Program-made: the position numbers and the translations under genes
DNA from: a virus
Virus record (IMG/VR): IMGVR_UViG_3300027969_000042
Coordinates: 64,001 to 128,000 of that record
Reading direction: 5' to 3' (one strand)
Length of the DNA stretch: 64,000 bases
Part shown: piece by piece, positions 56,027-63,373 of the stretch
Layout: each line of letters begins with the position of its first letter
Numbering within the stretch: position 1 is the stretch's first letter
The notes under the pieces: model-generated
Told to the model about the DNA's origin: nothing
What the model saw: the letters and a program-made list of their open reading frames with translations, nothing else
Databases searched by the model: none

Positions 56027-58981
56027 TTAAATATTTTTTATAGTTGCTTTTACTTCTTTACCATTTGTAGAAACTTCAGTAATTGTCAATTTAAACGCTT
56101 TACCAGAATTGTTCTGAACAAGGAATACCTGACCAACTTTATAAACACTATTTGGTGGTACGGCAGTTGATAATATAGGTTGTGTTTGACCCGGTACTAC
56201 AGGATTTTCGTTATTCTGTGTATTTGTTTCTGCATTTGTAGGTGCAGAATTTGCATCTTTTTTCAACTCATCATCTGTTTTACTAAGCTCTTTTCTAACA
56301 GCGGTAACTTTTTGAGTTAAATTGCCTTGTGTCCAAGTATATGATATATCAATAATAACCCATTCACCTGTTAAACGTTTTTGTGAGATCTCATCATTAT
56401 TAACAGAAGTTTTCATATTTATAAAGTTTAACTGTATCTTCATAAATTTATATAAATTGAAATTTGCGTTAGGAAGTTCTAAATCAACAGAAATTCTAGC
56501 CATATTATCAAAGTTTACTTTATTCTGTGTTTCTGAATAATAGTATTGTTTATGTACATTCTCAGTATCCATTTTACCAGAGTATCTTGTACGATAATTA
56601 TCTTTAATACTTTTATCATCAGACGGAGAACCTTTTAGTATAATACTTTTTGATCCATCTGATGTCTGTGAATCAACATCAAATACTAAAAATTGCTTTT
56701 TTAAACTATCATATGTTTTTGATACTGTGAAGTGACCATTATTAAGAGAAGTTTGTGTTGAATTATTATTTACTCTATACCTATTAAAGAAAAATGAACT
56801 ACTATTTTGACTTAAATCATTACTCAATTGTAATTTTACAACCTTTTCACTTTCTTCTTTTGTATTTAAGTGATTTAAACCTCTCGAATTTATACCAACA
56901 TCTTTAGATATATCTCTAATCCATTCTTTTTCAATATCTACATAATTGAAACAATAATAAAAGTCTACATAACCTATAAGAAATGTTTTATCTGAAATAT
57001 ATGAATGTGAAATAATATCAGTAATAAATGTTCTAAATAGCTTACCATTATTTACCCAGGTCATACTATCAGAAGTATTTGTAATATTAGAATTAAATCC
57101 TATTCCCAACTCCTTACACATTTTTTGCAATGTCTCAAATGAAGTTCCTTTATAACTCTGAAATCTTATTTTATAAAAATCTTGAAGGTCTAGTGTACCG
57201 ACTATTGTATAAGTTTTACTTTTATTTTCTTGGAAATTATTTAATTTAAACTTTAGATGTATTGATTTTAGATTCTTTGAACCAGAATTTAAAAATATCT
57301 CAAATTTACTATCATCAAGTGGAAATCCATCTTTTTTCATAACTCCCATTGAGTCAACAAAAACAATAGATACCATAGGTACTAGACCATCATAATATAA
57401 ATTCAGTGAGTTTATATATCGTTGATCTATCTGAACACCAGAATACCAGAAAAATGGAGTAAATCCAAGAGCACCTGCTACTTCTGCATTATCTTTATTA
57501 TTTTGTAATGCATCAAATTCAATAGGTTTTAGTTTAATTGTTGGTTTATCTATCTGTGCAATTATTGGACGTGTGCCTTGTATATCTTTTGGTTCTTGTT
57601 CACCACCTCTTGACTTATCTTGTGCTATAACATCATCTTCTGGTAAAACTTTTATTGTAACTTCAGATGTTTCTATAAGATTTGAATCAGGTATTACCGA
57701 AATAACATAATCACCAGGTGCATCAAATTGAATACCTGCAAAATTCACAAAACCATCTTTAACTGTTTGTTCTACTTCACCTATTAGTTCACCAGGACCA
57801 CTTTTCTTTTGTAGCTTAATCTTTATTCCAGTTGCATCAAAAGTACTTTGAGTCATACCAGATTGAGTTGCAGTTAAAGGTGCAGAAGACTGAGTACCAG
57901 ATTGAGTACCAGATTCAGGTCCGGATACTAAAGAAGTGTCAGATGGTGTATATTGTAACTTTAATTCTATTCCCCAGTGATAATCTATAAGATTTTGTAG
58001 ATTTCTAATTGCATCATCTGCTATTATTGTATCACTTAAATTACCTGTATTATTAAGAGGTCTACCATCATATGAAATAGTACCATTTTTATCAACTTGT
58101 TTATCTGTCTTTGGATTTTTCCATGGATTCGGTAAGTTATTTAATACAGATTTTGCAATTCTATCTTTTCCTTGTTCAGAAAATTTAAGTGTACCTTCTA
58201 TCTTTTTATCATTATCACTTTTTGGATCTTTTACTGATATTTTATATTCTACATTAGGTACATTAGATTGTGTAGTAGATTGAGTACCAGATTGAGTACC
58301 AGATTGAGTACCAGATTGAGTCGCAGCTACAACACCAGGTGGAAGTTGATAGTTATCGCCTGCTTCAATAAAAGCATCGTAAAGAATTGGAAGTGTAGTA
58401 ATCCAACTTGTTGAAACATCTGCAATATCACCATAATTATATTTGAATTCTGAAATAAAATCACTATAATCATCAGTAAACTCATCAGAATTTTTATAAT
58501 CTGATATTGATTTTTTCTCATCTTTTAAAAATTTAAGTGCAGATGACATGAACGCATCAAACCATTTTTGTGCACCATATTTTCTAAGGTCATTAATAAA
58601 TTTTACTTGTAGTGAAGCTCCATATGTTTTTTTAAGAATATCTTCTAGTGGTTTTGCTCCAGTATCTTGATCCTTAAGCTCTGCAAAAACATCACCGAGA
58701 CTAGTAGGATCATTTCCACTAGGAAACCATCTTTCACCACCTTCTGGATTATGATAGATATACTTAAATAGATCTCCAACTGTACTTACAGCGGGATCTC
58801 TACGATAAACACCATCACTATCTGGTTCTTTCTTATAGGGCCAAGAACAAATTTTACCATAGGTTATTGCAATAGCAGACGCTCTTGCAGTTTTATATTC
58901 GGCTACTTTACCAGTATAAAAGTTAAGTTTTGCTAAAGTGAGAGTCTCAAAATTATCAATGAAAATTTGTATTTTTGACAT
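56027..58981 (-). CDS. Baseplate hub protein (gp27/late control D-like C-terminal half) with an N-terminal extension
   Basis: Position in the cluster; VSIVFVDS, SDSMTWVN, FCFNYVD and LTGEWVIIDISY hub-like pattern; TQSG repeats. Confidence 0.5.
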   Translation of the reverse strand: MSKIQIFIDNFETLTLAKLNFYTGKVAEYKTARASAIAITYGKICSWPYKKEPDSDGVYRRDPAVSTVGDLFKYIYHNPEGGERWFPSGNDPTSLGDVFAELKDQDTGAKPLEDILKKTYGASLQVKFINDLRKYGAQKWFDAFMSSALKFLKDEKKSISDYKNSDEFTDDYSDFISEFKYNYGDIADVSTSWITTLPILYDAFIEAGDNYQLPPGVVAATQSGTQSGTQSGTQSTTQSNVPNVEYKISVKDPKSDNDKKIEGTLKFSEQGKDRIAKSVLNNLPNPWKNPKTDKQVDKNGTISYDGRPLNNTGNLSDTIIADDAIRNLQNLIDYHWGIELKLQYTPSDTSLVSGPESGTQSGTQSSAPLTATQSGMTQSTFDATGIKIKLQKKSGPGELIGEVEQTVKDGFVNFAGIQFDAPGDYVISVIPDSNLIETSEVTIKVLPEDDVIAQDKSRGGEQEPKDIQGTRPIIAQIDKPTIKLKPIEFDALQNNKDNAEVAGALGFTPFFWYSGVQIDQRYINSLNLYYDGLVPMVSIVFVDSMGVMKKDGFPLDDSKFEIFLNSGSKNLKSIHLKFKLNNFQENKSKTYTIVGTLDLQDFYKIRFQSYKGTSFETLQKMCKELGIGFNSNITNTSDSMTWVNNGKLFRTFITDIISHSYISDKTFLIGYVDFYYCFNYVDIEKEWIRDISKDVGINSRGLNHLNTKEESEKVVKLQLSNDLSQNSSSFFFNRYRVNNNSTQTSLNNGHFTVSKTYDSLKKQFLVFDVDSQTSDGSKSIILKGSPSDDKSIKDNYRTRYSGKMDTENVHKQYYYSETQNKVNFDNMARISVDLELPNANFNLYKFMKIQLNFINMKTSVNNDEISQKRLTGEWVIIDISYTWTQGNLTQKVTAVRKELSKTDDELKKDANSAPTNAETNTQNNENPVVPGQTQPILSTAVPPNSVYKVGQVFLVQNNSGKAFKLTITEVSTNGKEVKATIKNI
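58276..58322 (-). repeat. 12-bp in-frame tandem repeat encoding (TQSG)n
   Basis: AGATTGAGTACC units on the plus strand; related copies near 57890-57912 and 55230-55265. Confidence 0.85.
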
Positions 58982-59024
58982 TAAATATAATAAATTTTAT
59001 CTATTATATATAAAGATAGTGTCG

Positions 59025-60638
59025 TTACAAATTAATTTTTATTATCTTATATGGGTATTTTCTTTTATTATAAAATCCCTCTCTTTCTTTAAAATGTCTA
59101 TAAAGTATATTAGACATATCATTTGGATTGAATATATCAACTAAATCAAAGATGTTTACTTTATCTTTGTCAGTGTGTAAACGAAGTCCACGACCAATAC
59201 TTTGAATAATAATCTGCTCTGATTTGAATGAGTCAGTAAATATAACATTGAAAATAGCATTTATACTCACACCGGTAGAAAGTGTTCCAAAAGAAGCTAC
59301 AAGTACTTTAACTTTATCAGAAGTTACCTCCATCAATTTTTTAATCTCTTCTCTTTTCCTACCACTTATCTCACCATCAATATAATAGAATTCTTTATCT
59401 GGTAATTCATCTTTTAATTTCTGAAATATTCTTTGTCCATTTTCAATAGTGTGAAATAATAATAAAGTATTATTAGTACACTTTTCAACAATCTTTCTAA
59501 TAAAGACTAATCTTTTCTCAGATTGATGAGCATAAGCTTTCTCTAAATCAAATGCTGCCTTACCATCACCACTCTTTCTTATCAATTTCAATCTTTCATG
59601 AAACTCTAAGTCATTATGGTTCATTATAACGGCCTTTATTTCCATTGGAGTAATAATACCCTTCTTCTTTAATTCATCCGCAGAAACCTCTGTTATTTTA
59701 GGTCCTAAAACGGCCTGTATATTAAGTATCTCACAAGTATCATCTGTCGGAAAAGTACCAGATACTCCAAATCGACAATAAGCATGTGTAAATGTACTTT
59801 CTAGAATAGATGAAATTGTTTTTGCTTTGGCGCCGTGGGCTTCATCGGTCGCAATTGTATGAAATTGTTGAAAGAATTTTTTAGGCCACTTCTCTAAAGA
59901 TTGATAAGTACCAATATAAACATTAGGATTTTCTGTACCAGAAAACTTTCTTGGTCTGTCAGACATTACTTCTTCTACTCTAACAGTACAAGGTATATGT
60001 CCATTATTTAGATCTTCAAATTTATCAATTTTACTTTCTCTCATTTGCAGAAGGTTATTCAAACCATAGTTATACTCTATAATATTATCATAAAACTGTG
60101 TAACTAAAGTAATTGAAGGAACGATTATTAGAAATTTTGCATCTGGATCAGTATGTTTTAAAGTATAAAACATAACTATTGATATGATGAGTGACTTACC
60201 ACCTGAAGTTGCTACTTCTGCCATACAAAATCTATTCTTTAAAATTTTATAAGCCGCTTCAATTTGATGGTCGTATGGCATAAAAGGAACTATTTCACCA
60301 TCTTTCTTCATTTTATGAGTTTTGAAGAAGTCTTTACAGAAGTCTTGAACTTTTTCTAAAGTAACATCTCTATTGATTGGAAAATCTTCTTTATTTTCAA
60401 CTATAAAAGGAGCATCAATTTCTTTACAACCTCGCATAGCTTCTTTCCACAAACCTAAGTTTATTTTACCATCTCTAAAGTAAGATTTTTTACCATCCCA
60501 TACTCCCATTTTCACCGCTGGTTGGTATCTCCAACCTTTGACATGACGAGTTAACCACAGTGATAACTGATGATATTCAACTCTACTTGCTTCTGTGACT
60601 ACTAACTCTTCTTTATCTTTATCATATCTAAGTTTCAT
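59025..60638 (-). CDS. uvsW: UvsW-like SF2 DNA helicase
   Basis: PYDHQ, ATSGGKS, TYQSL, DEAH, GVSGT, STGVSI and QSIGRGLR; start moved to 60638. Confidence 0.88.
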   Translation of the reverse strand: MKLRYDKDKEELVVTEASRVEYHQLSLWLTRHVKGWRYQPAVKMGVWDGKKSYFRDGKINLGLWKEAMRGCKEIDAPFIVENKEDFPINRDVTLEKVQDFCKDFFKTHKMKKDGEIVPFMPYDHQIEAAYKILKNRFCMAEVATSGGKSLIISIVMFYTLKHTDPDAKFLIIVPSITLVTQFYDNIIEYNYGLNNLLQMRESKIDKFEDLNNGHIPCTVRVEEVMSDRPRKFSGTENPNVYIGTYQSLEKWPKKFFQQFHTIATDEAHGAKAKTISSILESTFTHAYCRFGVSGTFPTDDTCEILNIQAVLGPKITEVSADELKKKGIITPMEIKAVIMNHNDLEFHERLKLIRKSGDGKAAFDLEKAYAHQSEKRLVFIRKIVEKCTNNTLLLFHTIENGQRIFQKLKDELPDKEFYYIDGEISGRKREEIKKLMEVTSDKVKVLVASFGTLSTGVSINAIFNVIFTDSFKSEQIIIQSIGRGLRLHTDKDKVNIFDLVDIFNPNDMSNILYRHFKEREGFYNKRKYPYKIIKINL

Positions 60639-60761
60639 CTCATTATTATATATAAAAACCTTGTGTTTGTTTAGTTTATGAAGCATTTGTCGTTTTTTTG
60701 GGGTTTTTTACAAAGGGGAAAGAGTAAATTGAATATATAATAAAAAAATAAATTAAATATT

Positions 60762-61073
60762 ATGGGATTATTCAAATTCTTAAAAGGAATTTTTGGAGCA
60801 AAAGAGACAGAAACTTGTCCAACTCCAGAAGTAAAAGTACCAGTTGTAAAAGCTGAGGAAATTAAAAAAGAAGTAGTAAAAGAAGTACCGGTACAAGCTG
60901 TGGAAACTAAAGTAACTGCTAAAGAGATTAAAGCAAAAAGAACACCTGCTATTAAGAAAACTGAAGAGGTTAAAGTAGAAGAGGTTTCAACAGAAGTTGT
61001 TGCTGAGAAAAAAGCTAAACCACGTAGAAGAAGAAAGCCAAAAGCTAAACCAGAAAACGGAGATCAAGCATAA
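60762..61073 (+). CDS. Small Lys/Glu/Val-rich protein with a basic C-terminus
   Basis: KKAKPRRRRKPKAKP tail; AATATATAA upstream. Confidence 0.55.
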   Translation: MGLFKFLKGIFGAKETETCPTPEVKVPVVKAEEIKKEVVKEVPVQAVETKVTAKEIKAKRTPAIKKTEEVKVEEVSTEVVAEKKAKPRRRRKPKAKPENGDQA

Positions 61074-61075
61074 TT

Positions 61076-61103
61076 AAAAAACCACTCATATGAGTGGTTT
61101 TTT
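61076..61103. terminator. Bidirectional intrinsic terminator
   Basis: AAAAACCACTC-ATAT-GAGTGGTTTTTTT. Confidence 0.85.
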
Positions 61104-61107
61104 TTAT

Positions 61108-61569
61108 TTAAAAGAATCCTATATTATTATCCAATAAATCATCTATTTTCTTTTCACGCTTAATCGCTTTTAAACGTAGATCATCTTCAAATTTATACAA
61201 TCTTATATTATATCTTTTACTATTAGGATCATAAGTCAAATCATAAAATCCAATAACTTCAGTATCTTTTAAATAACCAATAACACTTTGTGCTAAATCA
61301 TCTAATGTAGAGTTTTGTGATGTCGCCACACTATAGGTATTTTGCAAAACTTGACTACCTACAATTTTACTAAGAACACCATTAGGTGCATTTAAAATTT
61401 TAGTTGTTCTATCAGAAATCTTTTCAAAGAATGATTTAAGTTCAGAATCCGAAATTTCATTTTTTGGAAATAAAGTATTACTCACACTAAATACACTAAA
61501 CTTATGTTTTACGTCAGCTACTAACTTTTGAACTTTTTCATCATCCGATAGAAATGTTATATCTTCCAT
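61108..61569 (-). CDS. Hypothetical protein
   Basis: 153 aa ending KREKKIDDLLDNNIGFF. Confidence 0.55.
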   Translation of the reverse strand: MEDITFLSDDEKVQKLVADVKHKFSVFSVSNTLFPKNEISDSELKSFFEKISDRTTKILNAPNGVLSKIVGSQVLQNTYSVATSQNSTLDDLAQSVIGYLKDTEVIGFYDLTYDPNSKRYNIRLYKFEDDLRLKAIKREKKIDDLLDNNIGFF

Positions 61570-61574
61570 TCATA

Positions 61575-62234
61575 TTATTTTCTTTTTAATATTATCTCAT
61601 CGATAATTCCATACTTTTTTGCATCTGGTGCAGTCATCCAATAATCTCTATCACCATCTTTAGCAACTTTATCAAAAGCTTGTCCAGATTTATCAGAAAT
61701 TATTTCATAAAGTTCTTTTTTCAAAGAGTTTATCTCTTTTACTTCAATCTCTAAATCAGATGCTTGTTGATATCCAGCATATGATAATGGTTGATGTATC
61801 ATTGTTCTACTTCTTTTAAGAGCCATTCTTTTACCTTTTGTACCAGAACATAGAATTACCGCAGCCATTGATGCAGCAAGCCCCGTATTGATTGTAACAA
61901 TGTCTGGTTTAACAAAGTCCATTACATCAAGTAAACCTAATCCAGTATAAACTGAACCACCTGGAGAATCAATATAAATTGATATGTCATCATCACTTTC
62001 GGATTCTAAATAAAGAAGTTGTGCTTTGATTATGTTTGTAACATACTCATCAACTTCAGTAGATAAAAAGATAATCCTGTCATCTAATAACTTTGAGAAA
62101 ACATCAACAGACATACCATTATCCTCTAATAACATAGGAGTGCTGTTTTTTCTTTGTAAATGTTTAAAGTAATTGTCTTGAAAGGTACTTGAAATAGATT
62201 GACTTCGTAGAAATTTTTGTAAGTCGTTTTTCAT
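61575..62234 (-). CDS. clpP: ATP-dependent Clp protease proteolytic subunit
   Basis: DVFSKLLDDRIIFL, YIDSPGGSV, AASMAA (Ser), MIHQP (His), DRDYWM (Asp) and YGIIDEI. Confidence 0.95.
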   Translation of the reverse strand: MKNDLQKFLRSQSISSTFQDNYFKHLQRKNSTPMLLEDNGMSVDVFSKLLDDRIIFLSTEVDEYVTNIIKAQLLYLESESDDDISIYIDSPGGSVYTGLGLLDVMDFVKPDIVTINTGLAASMAAVILCSGTKGKRMALKRSRTMIHQPLSYAGYQQASDLEIEVKEINSLKKELYEIISDKSGQAFDKVAKDGDRDYWMTAPDAKKYGIIDEIILKRK

Positions 62235-62294
62235 TTATGGGTATTATTTTTTGTTTTTATTATAAAATAGAGTAAAAGTTTAATATATACTAAT

Positions 62295-62945
62295 ATGAAG
62301 TATTTAAAGATTTTTGAAACATTTGATAGAAATAATACACTATATGTATTCGACTTTGATGATACACTTGTAAACACACCAGAGTTTGAAGAGTTTGTTA
62401 TTGAATACTTAACAGAAGACGTTTCTATAAAAGAAATAGTTGATAAATCAACTGCAAGTATTGGAGTAAATAAGTCAGACTTAAAATGGCAAGATGGTAG
62501 AATTTATGTAGAAGATCCAGGTGAGAACATTGAAGTTAAAGGAAACTGGGTTAGAAAGGGTAAAAGGGTTTATCTTATGTCACCAGATATATTTGGTATG
62601 ACTGATTTAAGTTTACCAACTGAAGTATTAGAATTGGCAGAATTTTATAATTCAATTGAGAATAAATGTATAGTAACTGCTCGTTCAGAAAAGATTAGAG
62701 ATAAAATTGAAAAAGTTATGAAAGAGTTAGGATTAGAATATCCTAAATATGGACTTCATATGTATCCTTATGAAAATCACTATAATGCAGGTGGTTGGAA
62801 AGGTGAAAAGATTGTTGAACTGGTTGAGAAAACTGGATTTAATAAGGTTATATTTTACGATGATAATATAAAGTATTTAAAAGGTGCTACTAAAGTCATT
62901 AAGAATAAACTACCGAATCTTGATTACAAGTATGTAAAAGTGTAA
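62295..62945 (+). CDS. HAD-superfamily phosphatase (tagged)
   Basis: VFDFDDTL, IVTAR and IFYDD; MKYLKIFET start. Confidence 0.8.
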   Translation: MKYLKIFETFDRNNTLYVFDFDDTLVNTPEFEEFVIEYLTEDVSIKEIVDKSTASIGVNKSDLKWQDGRIYVEDPGENIEVKGNWVRKGKRVYLMSPDIFGMTDLSLPTEVLELAEFYNSIENKCIVTARSEKIRDKIEKVMKELGLEYPKYGLHMYPYENHYNAGGWKGEKIVELVEKTGFNKVIFYDDNIKYLKGATKVIKNKLPNLDYKYVKV

Positions 62946-62992
62946 AAAAGAGGTTTAATAATTTAATATATAATAAAAAAATAATAACATAT

Positions 62993-63301
62993 ATGAAAAC
63001 TAAAGTTGAAGTACTTGGATATGAAATCGAAATTGAAGAAGTTGATGGTGTTGTAACTGTTAAAGCTGAATTAGATGGTGAAACAGTTGAGGAATTCACT
63101 CTTGAAACTCCTGAAGAAGGACAAGGTCAAGATGAAGAATCAGATGACGACGTTAAAGGATTTAAAGATTTTGATGGTCAAGACGAAGAAGAAGATTTCG
63201 GAGACGAAGAATCAGAAGGTCAAGAATCAGAAGAAGAAGATGAGGATGAAGACGAAGGTCAGACACTAGAATCTTTTCAATCTTTTTTCAATAAAAGATA
63301 A
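62993..63301 (+). CDS. Small acidic protein
   Basis: Asp/Glu-rich; TTTAATATATA at 62962-62972; ends LESFQSFFNKR. Confidence 0.6.
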   Translation: MKTKVEVLGYEIEIEEVDGVVTVKAELDGETVEEFTLETPEEGQGQDEESDDDVKGFKDFDGQDEEEDFGDEESEGQESEEEDEDEDEGQTLESFQSFFNKR

Positions 63302-63303
63302 AT

Positions 63304-63332
63304 AAGAAAGAGGATTTAGTCCTCTTTTTTTT
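63304..63332 (+). terminator. Intrinsic terminator
   Basis: AAGAAAGAGGA-TTTAG-TCCTCTTTTTTTT. Confidence 0.8.
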
Positions 63333-63373
63333 ATAAATAAAATTTAATATATAATAAAAAATATTATAATACT

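Noticed and set aside
58276-58322. Direct repeats as a possible CRISPR or DGR-type array
   Set aside because: They are contiguous 12-bp in-frame units encoding a TQSG linker, with no spacers and no reverse transcriptase or cas gene in the window.
1873-63269. Many short (60-110 aa) ORFs in the track lying antisense or out of frame within long genes, such as 1873-2088, 18472-18780, 27537-27845 and 46671-46964
   Set aside because: They are fully nested in well-supported genes, have shadow-frame composition and no promoter motif.
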